Program-made: the position numbers and the translations under genes
The notes under the pieces: model-generated
Seen by the model: the letters and a program-made list of their open reading frames with translations, nothing else
Database searches by the model: none
What the model was told of the DNA's origin: nothing
Shown: piece by piece, positions 1 to 13,251 of the stretch
Layout: each line of letters begins with the position of its first letter
How positions within the stretch are numbered: the first letter of the stretch is position 1
NCBI GenBank assembly: GCA_951406725.2
Contig: OX597828.1
Span: forward strand, 12,276,001 to 12,340,000
Length of the DNA: 64,000 nt
From: Octopus vulgaris
Taxonomy: Eukaryota
Direction: 5' to 3'

Positions 1-59
1 ACAGGAAAGAACACAAGAGTTCACATGAGAGAGGGAAAGTGAGAAAGACTAATGAAAGG

Positions 60-286
60 AAAACTCTTTTGCCTTTTACCATTTACTTGTTTCAGTCATA
101 AGCTAGTGGCCATGGTGGGGCATCACCTTTTTGCCACAAGAATCGAGCCCAGTACTTATTTCACTTTTTAACCCTGCGACTTATTATATCGGTCAATTTT
201 GCCGAACCGGTAAGTTACGTGGACGTAAAGAAACCAACGCCAGTTGTAAAGAGGTAGTGGTGGGCAAGCACAGTCACAAACACCAT

Positions 287-321
<35 letters not shown>

Positions 322-908
322 CATATGATAGATCGTTAGCCACTACACACATTTTTTTCTCTCCTTGTTTTTTATGTGTACCTTTCTGTAGAAGAGCGTA
401 GGCTCGAAACCTAAAAGACTTTTTCTATTCCTGAGCGTTATACTAATACATCTGTTTGTTATGTACACCACCTGTTTTCGTAATCTTTCCCTATATATAT
501 ATATATATATCAGAAGGATGTGTTATAATACTATTCCATAGCCATACCAACAATCCAACGTACCTCCAGCATCAGCTGCCTTACGGATATCATTATGGTT
601 TCGACACCTGGGCAGTATCATTCAATCTGGCGATGTCAACAGCACTAAAATAAGTGTTGTTTAGGAACAGATCAAAGAACCACAACTTTTGAACACATTT
701 ACCCTAGGTACAACCGTATCGATAGATAAATTCACTAAATAAATTACAACCATTCCTGAATATGTAACCATACATCTTCTTTTCAGTTGCTCTCTACCAA
801 ATCCACTCGCTCGAAGTTATAGTAGAAAACCTCTGCCCAAGATGCCACGCAGTGAGACTGAACCCGGAAACGTGATTGGGAAGCAAACGGCTTACCACAC
901 AGCCACGC
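60..908 (-). mobile_element. tRNA-derived SINE (family A, head GGCTGTGTGGTAAG), split by insertions into its internal (CA)n/(TA)n tract
   Basis: The 3' part (60-326) and 5' part (775-908, cttaccacacagccac) both match the copy at 14316-14713 in reverse complement. Unrelated sequence lies at 327-775. Confidence 0.8.
382..417 (+). ncRNA. degenerate minimal type I hammerhead motif in a Penelope-like terminal fragment (~330-492)
   Basis: cttt-CTGTAGA-A-GAGC gtag GCTC-GAAAC-CTA-aaag. Core and stem III are mutated. It shares downstream tcctgagcgt...aatac...tttgtt with the 46670-46885 element. Confidence 0.5.
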
Positions 909-1665
909 GAATTCGCTTGATTTTGCGTAACGCTAGAAAAATATAAATCACAAAACTTATAAATTTCAGATGAAAATAAAATAAAAATTATTCTTGAATA
1001 TGGGTTAGAGTCTCAGATTTATACAAACGCATTCGAAGATGTAGGCGGTCGGCTCTTTCGATTGCTCCTAAGACTACAGATCCATAATTAGTGTAGTATA
1101 TGTTAACGTCTTTCATGATCTCTTTCGAGCTATATAGAGTGAACATTTACTTACTGGAGATGAAAAGACGGTGTCTTAAATTTGTAGTGAGTAGATAGTG
1201 GTTGATTATTGGCTGATGGACACATTGTAAGCCAAGGTTTCCCGCCATTCGATTTCCCTTTTTCTCTCCATATGACTGAGTGCGTGCATGCGAAGCAATG
1301 TAATTGGGCGTCTCGTGTTTGTATTAAAACTTTCGTCGGCGTTTTGTACCGATGCTGTTGTTCCCATGTGTGGAATATTATATGAATGTAATGCAATATC
1401 GCTAATCATCTTTGAAAGAAAAACAACAAAATAAACATTAACTAAATCCAAATAAATAAATAAATGGCCGCTCTCCGAAGTAATGGGTGTGTCAATTTAC
1501 ATGTGATAAATAAATCAGGGTAATGATATTAGTTAATGATTGAAATTTAATCATAGATAATCAACAGAAATTATACATCCTTAGAATTGAAAACTGACAA
1601 ATGTTAACTCGAATCGATCGAATTAGGTTTCAAAACGCATGCTATTCTTGTTTTCCTAGATTTCT

Positions 1666-1696
<31 letters not shown>

Positions 1697-1744
1697 GTTG
1701 CTGCTGCTACTGCTGCTGCTGATGATGATGATAATGCTACTAAC

Positions 1745-1775
<31 letters not shown>

Positions 1776-2130
1776 GTTGATATTGTCGTTGCTGTTATGT
1801 CGGCGGTGAGCGAGCAGAGTGGTCGGCACACCGCGCAAAATGCTTAGCTGTATTCATCTTTTCGTCCTGAATTCAAAGTAATATATTTTCAAACATTAAA
1901 TAGCCTGCACTTCCTCAGCATTTGAAATTTGAATAAATGTTAAAAACAGACGAAAAAATTACAGTCTTTGATATTCATTTTTTAAGAATATCAACCATAT
2001 GGTTGATGCACAAAAAACAAAAACAAGACAACCTAGCTGAAAAAAATAGGGTAAAAAATAATGATAATAAACGTAAAACGAATTAACATTTAAATAAAAT
2101 ACGACTGAGAAAACAGAAAGATAGATAGAT

Positions 2131-2161
<31 letters not shown>

Positions 2162-2669
2162 TAGACAGATGTGTGTTTGTGTGTGTGAATGTATATTAGA
2201 TACATTTGTTTTACAGAGGTGTAAATCTACGTAAGTGTCTCAAGTCCGAGACTATTTTTGTGCACTGCATTTATTAACATAGATATGGTCCGTTGCTTTC
2301 TGCCTGCAATGAGTGATACTTTGTTTTATTGAAATATTGGTATAGAGACAAGAAAGAATAAAGTAAATGCGGGTAAAACAGTGTTGAAATATAAGAAAAA
2401 GATAACAAATCTTTGAAAGACGCAACGAACATTTTAGGAAAATAAAAATAAGAAATGAGTGGAAATTTTACCAGTGAGTGTGTTAAATTATAAGGCACAA
2501 AAAGAAAATGACTCTCCCCAGACACAACAGATAATAAATCAAAATACACGTAAGTTTTTAGCCTCATCTACTTTCATAGGGCACATTGCAATCTTCTGAT
2601 ATATTGCTTCTAAAGTGTGAATTGAGTTCGTATAGCAGTTGAGGAATATTAAAAGGAAATAATCTTGCA

Positions 2670-3060
2670 ATTGAGAAGTAATGCTTATCGCCACTTCAAT
2701 ATGGCTGTTCTGTAGGAACCGGCGTTACAACCGCTTTAAACCCCAAGAAGGGGAGCCACCTCCAGCGGGTTAGCGATGCAATCTGCACCTGATATATATT
2801 GCAAGCAAGGGAGTGAACGCTTACTATGGACGGATATCCACCACTGAGGATAGGCACAAATAGCTCAAAACCGTACGGTCTGGTGGTCCCGCCGTCAGCT
2901 AAAATATGGTAGGGGTTCGCTCCCCTGCTTGCAGTACATATCGGGTCCAAAGTGCATTGATAACCAACTGGATGAAAATCATCCTGGGGTTAAAAACGGT
3001 AGTAACGTCGGGTCCTTCGGAACAGCCATATTGAAGTGGCGATAAACATCACTTCACAAT
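2670..3060 (+). mobile_element. non-coding element with ~78-bp terminal inverted repeats and a central hammerhead
   Basis: 2670-2747 is an imperfect reverse complement of 2983-3060. HHR motif at 2838-2886. Confidence 0.75.
2838..2886 (+). ncRNA. type I hammerhead ribozyme motif (G12 mutated)
   Basis: Stem I ccacca/tggtgg; CTGAGGA; imperfect stem II; AAAAC in place of GAAAC; palindromic stem III ACCGTACGGT followed by C (GUC site). Confidence 0.7.
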
Positions 3061-3425
3061 ATAGTTACTATATTCATCTCTTATAGAGATTTTCTAACTA
3101 ATCATTTAACTATTTTTCTGAAATGACTGAATGGAGGAATCTGTGCTGGACAGTGCCTGAGAATGGGTACAGTGTGTGTGAATTTGTGAACAAATTAGTG
3201 TGAATGTATATCCGAGTAACTGAAATGATTGTTGAAGGTTGGTGTATATGTGTGTCCGTGTGTATAAGTGAAGAGTGACCTGCATATGTGCGTTTAAGAA
3301 GGAAGGGATGCAAATGTTCGAGTGAAGGCTTTGAGTGTGGAAGTGTATATGTTGGACGGTGTGATTTTTTGCTTGTGAAAGGTCTAATTTCGTGTCACTC
3401 TCTCTTTCTTTCTCTCTTTCACTCT

Positions 3426-3500
<75 letters not shown>

Positions 3501-4011
3501 CGTGTGGATACATGCTCATGTGGATACGAAAAGAAATAACAATTGGTGGGAAGACGTTGAAAAGAAATAAATAAAAGCTATAAGGCACAAATGGGTGATT
3601 ATGTATCCAGAAATTGGAGCGCGGACGTAGAAGTGCAGGCGAGATAAATTAAGGCTAAGAGTTTAAAACATGAGGGATGAAAGATTGTAGAAAGCGAGAG
3701 ATGAGAGAAACGTTGTTTGAAGCAAGCTGAAGACCGTGAAGCTGGGGCGATGACAGAGAGGTCCTCGGGTCATAGGTTTTATACCGGAGTGTCCTCCTAG
3801 ACAGGCTACTGATCATGGCTAACGAGCCCCATCTACTCGGAACGGCCTGATTATACTGCACCAGACACCCACAGACGTCTTCCCTTATTGGTTTATGTCC
3901 ACGTGGTACCACGAGGAGGCGAGGGTAGAACTTGGGGTTTGCGTCACTCGGTGCTCGTCCATACTAGCATCCGGTCACTATGAGGATTCTATACATTACA
4001 CACACACACGC

Positions 4012-4075
<64 letters not shown>

Positions 4076-4269
4076 TTAGAAATAATAATATTTATATATA
4101 TATATATATTTAAATGGATGAATGGATTATCCTTTGTTTACCGTTAACATGGAAAATTCAATAAACAGTTACCAGGGTAGCAACATTCACGCAAGTAACA
4201 TGGATGAAGCGACCTATTCAAAGGTAGAAACTCCGGGTTAATGTGCAGTAATTTGTGTATTATAAATAA

Positions 4270-4670
4270 ATAAATGGAGTTGAACAAAGATGTTATTAAA
4301 ATTCTTTTACTTTCGACACATGTTTCGAAGACAACATGGTTTTATTCCTTTGAACATTTTTTCAACCAATGTATCCCTCTTTATTTGTTCTCTACTTATT
4401 ATTTCTTTAATCCTTCTCTTCCTAGTATCTGCCTTTGATGTCAAATCTACTAACGGTTTTTTTAATACTTAATAACGTTCTGTTTATCATTTAGGCAGTC
4501 ATCGTAATTGTTATAATGTCTTGTTGTTGAGAGAGGCTCTCTCTCTTTCTTTCCTGATGAGAAGATTGCATTTTACACCGTTTATTCCTTTGGAATAAAA
4601 CGATGTTGTCTTCGAAACATATGTCGAAAGTAAAAGAATTTTAATAACATCTTCGTTCAACTCCATTTAT
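4270..4670 (+). mobile_element. hammerhead-bearing element with an inverted partial terminal duplication, ending in (TA)n
   Basis: 4270-4348 is a near-perfect reverse complement of 4592-4670, which includes the 3' half of the HHR. Confidence 0.8.
4549..4630 (+). ncRNA. intact type I hammerhead ribozyme with extended stem II
   Basis: Stem I ctttc/gaaag; CTGATGA; stem II GAAGA...TCTTC enclosing hairpin cgtttattcc-ttt-ggaataaaacg; GAAAC-ATAT-GTC. Confidence 0.85.
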
Positions 4671-4968
4671 ATATATATATATATATATTGTTATTACTTT
4701 ATTGTTTTTTGTATTTATATTCGTGTGGCATCGTCCGTTTTCTGTCCTTGTTTCGTATACATTCGATCCTTTTTCCAAGAAATCTAATGCTTGTAGCTTA
4801 GTTTTTCCTTGGGGCTGGCCGGATCGGAGCGATCTCAAGATTAATCAGCCGAAATTGCGAGGATGATCCGGTTCTTGACTGAAGGTTGAAGGCTTCGAAT
4901 GTCCCGTCCGTGTTTTTTGTAGTGTGTCTTCTAAATGTTTTACGTTCTTGTCCCAGTTTGTATTTTTC

Positions 4969-5030
<62 letters not shown>

Positions 5031-5033
<3 letters not shown>

Positions 5034-5209
5034 CAGAAAGACCGCCCGGAGGGCTAGCCACTTGATAATATTTTCTCATTGATATTTTCAGTCGCATATT
5101 TTTGGGGAAGTCCCATATTGAATTGCAAAAGTCTAATGTGACATTTAAACTTGGAGTGCATGCGCGCGCGCGTGTGTGTGTGGGAGAGAGAGAGACAGAC
5201 AAAGACAGT

Positions 5210-5248
<39 letters not shown>

Positions 5249-5517
5249 CGGGGAGAGAGAGCATGCAAACAATGAAAGAAATAAACATGTAATGAAAAAC
5301 TCGTATAAATAAATGCACGTTAAACACTATCTTGTACCGAATATTTAAATTTGTGAACTTGAAATAATCAATAATATAAGGAAGTTCAGAAAGTAAATTT
5401 TCCTGGAAAGTTCAATTTATAAAAAAAAAGGTTACTTTTGTTTTAAAGTGGAAGAGAGGAGAAATTCAAAGGTGTATGATGTACGTGTGTGTGAAATGAA
5501 CATGTATGTGTGTGTTT

Positions 5518-5556
<39 letters not shown>

Positions 5557-5770
5557 GATGTGTTGTCATGTATACGTACATAAATAAATATGCATCCACT
5601 TTTTTGTATGTATGTGTGTGCGTGAGAGAGAGAAAGTGCCACTGACTCACACATACACACACGCACACATGCATACAAAAAAGATGTACGCATATGTGTT
5701 TATGTATGTAATACATGCCAACACATCCATTCACTCTCTCTCTCTTTCTTGCTCTCTCTCTCTCTCTCTT

Positions 5771-5812
<42 letters not shown>

Positions 5813-6781
5813 TCTCACACACACACACACACATGCATGGATGTATACAAACGTATATACAAAAACACACGTGTGCATATGTGACTGACTACAAATACAT
5901 AGACCTGAGCACGCGGCGCAAAAAGTAAAAAAATAATTTTTTACGGAAATTAACGAAGTGTGCGGATTCAAGCGAAAGAATGCCAAACTATTTTGTACCG
6001 AAAATTAAAATTTGTAAACTTGAAATATTCAATTATAAAATGAAGTTCAGAAAACAAAATTTCCTGAAAACTTCAATTTTTAAAAAAATCTCACTTGCTT
6101 AGTTAATATTTCTTTCGGTAATTTATCGTAGTTGTTATATAGGAGCACTCCGTCGGTTGCGACGATGAGGGTCCCAGCTGATACGATCAACGGAACAGCT
6201 TGCTCGTGATATTAACGTGCAAGTGGCTGAGCACTCCACAGACACGTGTACCCTTAACGTAGTTCTCGAGGAGATTCAGCGTGACACAGAGCGTGACAAG
6301 GCTGGCCCTTTGAAATACAGGTACAAGAGAAACAGGAAGAAAGAGCGAGAGAAAGTTGTGGTGAAAGAGTACAGCAGGGTTCACCACCACCCCCCTGCCG
6401 GAGCCTCGTGGAGCTTCAGGTATTTTCCCTCAATAAACACTCACAATGCCCGGTCTGGGAATCGAAACCGCGATCCTCCGACCGCGAATCCGCTGCCCTA
6501 ACCACTGGGCCATTGCGCCTCCACCTAGTTGTTATATATCTGTCACTTAAAGAAATTTCAAGGTAACTGTAGCGCGTTTAGCGTGCTAGAAGTAGCAGCG
6601 ATCACATAGTTATTATTGTAAGGCTTATAGCGTTCCAGACTGTCATACCTACAAAATCACTTCATAATGTTTTTTTTTAATTATACCGATATACTATATC
6701 ATGAAAGCCTCAAAGTTATACAGCTATTTTGTCTAATAAGCATTCATTCTATCGATAATTCTTTTCCATTACGTATATAGA
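5031..6781 (-). mobile_element. non-autonomous Helitron-like element containing microsatellites and a SINE
   Basis: Left end tagcagaaagaccgccc matches the CTAG-hairpin end at 7151. The right end reads TCTATATACGTAA on the minus strand (5' TC). An internal ~100-bp segment is duplicated (5333-5430, 5994-6090). Confidence 0.55.
6142..6525 (-). mobile_element. tRNA-derived SINE, OR1-like, full length
   Basis: Minus-strand head GGAGGCGCAATGGCCCAGTGGTTAGGGCAGCGG with A/B boxes. 13-bp TSD tagttgttatata at 6129-6141 and 6526-6538. Confidence 0.9.
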
Positions 6782-7150
6782 ATAAACTGTCGGTTTTGCG
6801 AATTAAGACTTGAAATGAAAACATTGAGATGAGTATATATGAAATTATCATTAATGAAAATAGAGGTGGGAGAGAGTGAGAGACAGTTGTGAATGAAAAC
6901 AGAATATTTTGCCTGCAACGAATTTATATTGTTTATTAAATCTACTCCGCAGTGACTGCAACGAATCTGTAAATTTGTGAAAAACTTGAGGCTCAAATAA
7001 TCAATAAACTCCAGAAATCGAAATTACAGGAAATTTCTTGGAATATGAATTTATAAAAAAAATTTCCAGATAGCCAAGCCTTTAATAATTGTTTTCTTTT
7101 AGTAACTGTTACATACCTAATTAAGAAGCAGCTTTCTCGATTATAATATA

Positions 7151-7447
7151 CTAGCAGAAAGACCGCCCGCCGGGCGGGTTTCTGCTAGCGCTTTGATAAT
7201 ATTTTGATGTTTGATTCCCGTTTTCTAACAATTTTAATATTTTACATCTAATTATTTCTTTGTATAATATTGCTTTCATTATTTTATCACAGTCATAATC
7301 TCTCTTTCTTCAACAAACATCACGGCAGTCCAACAACAGAGGGAGGAGTAATTTGTTAAGTTTTACGTTCCCCTCAATGTAACATTGAGACTTCAATTCT
7401 GCAGCCCATCTGTAAGCTTTGCAGTGTATGTGTGTGTGTGTGTGCGT

Positions 7448-7501
<54 letters not shown>

Positions 7502-7850
7502 ACATTGAAAACAGTGAATGAAATAAACAGGAAATGAAACAATTGTATAATTAAGAGGGCATTACTACAGATGTATATGCTCCCAAATTTATTGCCTCAT
7601 AACATCCAGAAAAATGGATATTTTTTGACAAAATTTTCTACAAATACCGCTTAGATGTTCTGGCTTCAGAGTATAGAAGGATTTATGGGAAAGAAATATT
7701 GCGAGAGGGTGGAGAGAAGAGTTTCAGAAAATTTACATGATCTGACTATTTTCCCTCATAAATTTCAGGAAGACAGGTATCTTTTAATGAAAATTTATAC
7801 AAATCCCGTTCAAACGCACAACACAACAGCGAATGCGCACACTGACAACA
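7151..7850 (-). mobile_element. Helitron-like element 3' end (right boundary uncertain)
   Basis: A|CTAG terminus with GC-rich hairpin ctagcagaaagaccgcccgccgggcgggtttctgctag. Homologous to the end at 5031. Confidence 0.55.
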
Positions 7851-8741
7851 AATAACTCATGCGCAGTGGGAAGTAAGCAAGCTACTTACCACACAGCCAC
7901 TCCTTCCTATAAATATATTTATATAAATATTTGTAGTCAACGTTCTAGACTCGTTCCTTCAAAATTTGTCTCTTGAGTTTTATGCTATGTTCCTGTTCAT
8001 AATTCTTTTTCTAATCACATTCACAGCTTATTTTATTATTCTCTGGACCATAGTGCTTTAATTGAATATGAGTCTGATACTTAAATACGCAATAAATATA
8101 CAATAACCATTTCCAACAGTAAAATCCAGTAACAAGCAGCTGAAAGATCACAATAGAAACATATTACAATGGCCTGGAAACAATTTCAAATTTAACCAGA
8201 CAGAGTATAGCGAAACATCAATAGACACCTATCGGTTTGGAATCATACCAACAGAACTCATTTAATTGAAGCAATCACGAAGGTCTAGTTTAGCACCATT
8301 AATCCTTGGAAGTTCGGTAAATTATTCGCTTGTATTTCACAGATTTGATGCCGTAATCAAAGCAAAACTTTTACCTATTGAACACTATTGTAACCTAAAA
8401 ATCCTGAACTAACAAGATTTTGTTTCGTGCGTGGATTTATATACACCAGTAGTAGCAGTATGGCCGAATGATTGAAATGATTAATTCATAACCATAATTT
8501 CCCAGGTACGATCCTATTGTGTGGCATCTTAGGTAAATGTCACTCGCTACAGCCTCGTGTCTCTCCATATCAAGTGAGTGAAATTGGGTAGTTGAAAACT
8601 ACATAGAAGCCCCTCAGGTGGATTGTAGCTACAATATAAAATTTGTAGCATTATCACACAGCGTGTGACTCTGGTTCTACCTGCTGGTTACTCAATGGTG
8701 CACGTGTCAGGGGAAGACTCAGCTACATAGGCCTTAATTCA

Positions 8742-9034
8742 GTTGTTGTTTGTTCCTTCTCGAGCCATGCCTGGCTCATAAGGGCCGGTTTCCCAGTTTC
8801 CTCGGCGTATAGGTTCCCCACCTGGACGGGACGCCGGTCCGTCGCAGGTGAGCTGCAAGATGCAGGAGAAAGTTGTGGCGAAAGAGTCAGCAGAAGTTCG
8901 CCATTACCTTCTGCCGGAGCCGCGTGGAGCTTAGGTGTTTCGCTCATAAACACACACATCGTCCAGTCTGAGATTCGAACACCCGATCTCTCGACCGCGA
9001 ATCCGCTGCTCTATCCATTAGACCATGTGCCTCC
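8742..9034 (-). mobile_element. tRNA-derived SINE, OR2-like
   Basis: Homologous to 33172-33474 and 62277-62582. TSD aggccttaattca/aggccttagttca. Confidence 0.85.
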
Positions 9035-9437
9035 AGGCCTTAGTTCAAGAGCAAGTAATTCAATTAACACAAAAGTTAAATGCTCATAGCCAAATAACTG
9101 AGTTCCACCACTTATAACATACACAACTGATTTACGCTTCATATACATATCCTTCAGTGTATTTAAATCTTACAATCGTATTTAGCCGCAGAGCAATATC
9201 AATTTTAGTGCAACATGAGTGAAAGGAGAATAAAATATCTTTTGACGATGATGACAGAAATAACTAGTGAACAAGATATGGGCATAAAGCCAGATCTTAC
9301 AACTATATATGGAAGTGTTCGGAATTATTGACGCTAGAGTATACACACATATATGCATGTGTGTGTGTGGGTGGGTGTGTGTGTATGTGCATGTGTACAT
9401 ATATACATACACACACACATACATATATGTATATTTT

Positions 9438-9480
<43 letters not shown>

Positions 9481-10287
9481 TTCATATGCGGGACATTCTG
9501 TCAGTGGGTGTGTTAATTAATTCCTCCAACATCGTTTTATCGATTTTCATGAAACTTGACACGTGAGTAGAACACATGTCTGGCAATCCCATTGCATAGT
9601 CAGATTGTTGAAGACATCGATAATAGGGCCCCTGGAAGAGATCTTTATATATATCTAATATATTTTATTCTTAGTATTTGAACTGTTAGAGTTATTTTCG
9701 CAATTTATCCAGTTCAACCCTTAAGCAAGTAAATAGTATTTTCGTAAACAATAGATCTACTTATTTCGGTTAGTGACTTATTCACTTATATACCAACACT
9801 AGCGCCCCTGAGGGTAACATTCTCTGGGAACGCACAAAAGCTCTTTTCAGAGTTATTTACTTTGAATTATTATTACATCATATCTGATTAGCCTGTTATT
9901 TCGTAACATACTTCACGACTTTTGTATACATACCTTATTAGTATTTCCTCCTAAGTTCCATATACTCTGGGAACGCATTAAAGCCCTTTACGGGACTACT
10001 TTATTTGAATTCTTACTACATGGTAACTAATTTCATGTTACTATATAACTGACTTCACAGTTTTGGTTTTCATAACTTATTGGGAATTCTTAAAAACAAG
10101 AAATTGTGTAATACTAACGATTTTGCTAGCACGCCGGCTTTTCCTTGTAAAATACTAATGGGTATATACTCTATCATAAGTATTGAGTTATCCTTCAGTG
10201 TAATGTTAAATTGTTTCTATATACAACTAGACGTAAAATCAAACATTGATATTTATACACACATCGTTCTGTATCTCTGAAATGTTT

Positions 10288-10580
10288 CCTATTTCTTTAT
10301 TACCCACAACGAGCTAAACATACAGGGGACAAACAAGGACAGACAAAGGGATTAAGTCGATTACATCCACCCCAGTGCATAACTGGTACTTAATTTATCG
10401 ACCTCGAAAGGATGAAAGGCAAAGTCGATCTCGGCGGAATTTGAACTCAGAACGTAATAGCAGACGAAATACAGCTAAGTATTTCGTCCGGCCTGCTAAC
10501 GTTCCTTATTTCTTTATTGCCCACAAGGGGCTAAACATAGAGGGGACAAAGAAGGACAGACAAAGAGATTTTGGTCGATC
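10288..10580 (-). mobile_element. SINE family C (core gaggtcgactttgcctttcatcctttcggggtcgat), partial tandem
   Basis: Matches 12836-13251 and 31828-32244. Confidence 0.8.
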
Positions 10581-10594
10581 CCAGGCGTACTCAT

Positions 10595-11567
10595 CCGCGT
10601 TGAAATTTCTTCCTTCACAATAGTTTAGATATTCAAAAATCCTTTAGGACATGTGTGTGTGAGTTTTTGTGCGCATGTATGTTCATGTGTATGTGTACAT
10701 GTGTGCGTGTGTATGTGTGTGAGCACGTGTGTGCGTGTGTCCGTGTGCGCGCGCGTGTGTGTACGTGTGCTTGTGTATAAATACATTCTTTTATTTTTTT
10801 CTTGTTTCAGTTTTTTGTCTGTGGCCATGCTGGAACACACAGCTTTTTAGTGGAAGAAATCGATCACAGGACTTATTGTTTGGAAGCCTGGTACTTATTC
10901 TATCGGCTTCTTTTGCTGGACCGCTAGGTTACGTGGATATAAAGACACCAACATCGGTTGTCAAGCGATGGTGCGGGGCACAAACACAAGCAGACACACA
11001 CATACATACACACACACACACGCACACACATATATATACGATGATTTTCTTTAAGTTTTCGTGAATTAAATCCTCTCACAAGGTTTTGGTTGACCCCAGG
11101 CTATAGTAGAAGACATTTGCATAATGTTCCGCGCTGTGGGGCTGAACCCGGAACCATGCGGTCGGAAAACAATCTTCTTACCACACAGCCATGCCTATAT
11201 TCTGTCATCTACATATATGCCACTCCTCTTTCACATTAAGCCTCGGTGAACTTATCTACGTTGAAACTTCTTCCTTCACAATAGTTTGATACCTTTTGAA
11301 CATACTTTGGGATATGTATGTGCATGTGTGCGTCTGTGTGTTTGTGCTTGTATATACATACAATATTTTAATCTTTTATTCTTTAACTTTTTTCAGTTTT
11401 TTTTTACTGCGGCCATGCTGAAGCATCGGCTTTTGGTCGAAAATGATCGACCACAGTGAGTCTGGTACTTATTCTATCGGACTCTTTTGGCTACCCGCTA
11501 GGTTACGAGGATGTAAAGACACCAACATCTAGTGTCAAGCGATGGTGGGCGGGGACAAACGCTGACA

Positions 11568-11608
<41 letters not shown>

Positions 11609-11629
11609 ACACACACACGCACACATATA

Positions 11630-11669
<40 letters not shown>

Positions 11670-11825
11670 CACGAAGGGTTTTTTCACTTTTCGTCTATCA
11701 AATCCATTCACAAGACTCTGGTCGACCCGAAGCTATAATAGAAGACACTTGCCCAAGGTGCCACACAGTGGAACTGAATCCGGAACCATGTGGTTGGGAA
11801 GTAAGCTTCTTACCACACAGCCACG
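10595..11825 (-). repeat. tandem duplication of a ~660-bp unit (flank + family A SINE)
   Basis: cgttgaaa(t/c)ttcttccttcacaatagttt occurs at ~10598 and ~11259, each followed by a (TG)-rich tract and a minus-strand family A SINE. Confidence 0.75.
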
Positions 11826-12835
11826 AAACATCTAGATGATAGGAAGTAGTATACAACGGGAGATAGTATGCAATCTATTGCATAACGCATATCTCCTTAA
11901 TTATTTTAGTATTTTAGTTAATTAACTCGCTGGCAGCATATTTATTGACTAGTGCCTTGAGGAGCAATGTGTAGGAACAAATCGTATATAAAAGCCTATA
12001 TACAATTTATAAGCTTTTTATGGAGCTGCATTCATTATTCAGCAGGTATTGACTTCTAATCTATTTCACTGCGCGATTACTTGGAATTATAGGAATGCTT
12101 TGGGTGTGGAAGTAACTGATTCTGTTGGCATGGATGTAGTTCTTCTCATTCCTAAATCGAGTCCTTCGTCACGCATGAATGGTAAACCAACATACCGCCT
12201 ATTTATGAATATTGTAAGTTAAAACCCATTAGCGAATGTAAAGTTAACTCTCTTTCCTTCAAATCTCTCTAGAGATGGAAAGATTCGAAGCCAGTATTTC
12301 TCAATTATGCTCCATTGTTGGCAATCTCTAGTGTTTACATAATACGTTTGCTGTCCGGTGAATTGCATCGTTAACGTCGCTTGTTTATAAAATAAACACT
12401 ATCGTTATGAAAGACTACTCTCTACCAATGCAAGACCGCAGATTTTCGAGAGAGAAGGCATAGTCGATCAAATCGATCGACAATATTTCATTGATAATTT
12501 GATCAACCTGGGAGAGTAAAAATAAAAGCAGAGACTAGATCCAGATAGTATTTGACTGGAACCATTACGGGATAAATCTAAACACTTTAAAGTCCAGCAT
12601 TCTGCCAATTCTGCGATGCATTACCAAAATATTTGTTTCTCATTTAGCCACAAAGCCAGTAAATTTACAGAGCAGTGGATTTCTCGATGCCATTGAGCCC
12701 AGTTATTGACTATTACTTTATATTATCACCACCAAATGTTTGAACGGTTATGTTGGTGTCGACGGGATTTGAACTCAGAGCGTAAATTGCTGGAACAAAT
12801 GCTGCAAAGTATTTTCTCCTGATGCTCTAACGATT

Positions 12836-13251
12836 CTTATTTCATTATTGCCCACAACGGGCTAAACATAGAGGAGACAAATAAGGACAAACAAAGGGAT
12901 TAAGTCGATTACATCGACCCAGTGCGTAACTGGTACTTAATTTATCGACCCCGAAAGGATGAAAGGCAAAGTCGACCTCGGCGGAATATGAACTCAGAAC
13001 GTAGTGGCAGACGAAATACCTATTTCTTTACTACCCACAAGGGGCTAAACACAGAGAGGACAAACAAGGACAGACAGACGGATTAAGTCGATTATATCGA
13101 CCCAGTGCGTAAATGGTACTTATTTAATCGACCCCGAAAGGATGAAAGGCAAAGTCGACCTCGGCGGAATTTGAACTCAGAACGTAACGGCAGGCGAAAT
13201 ACCGCTAAGCATTTCGCCAGGCGTGCTAACGTTTCTGCCATCTCATCGCCT
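12836..13251 (-). mobile_element. SINE family C, tandem dimer
   Basis: Two ~183-bp core+tail units behind one head; same organisation as 31828-32244. Confidence 0.85.

Noticed and set aside
510-780. Possible further HHR module (gtttcgacac...gtatc hairpin) after (TA)n; a similar weak case lies at 40855-40880
   Set aside because: A stem II and GAAA are present on the minus strand, but the CUGANGA core and stem I are not recognisable.
4688-4975. Module between (TA)n tracts as another HHR element (ggctg...cagccgaaa)
   Set aside because: The context fits and a stem followed by GAAA is present, but there is no CUGANGA core. Left unclassified.
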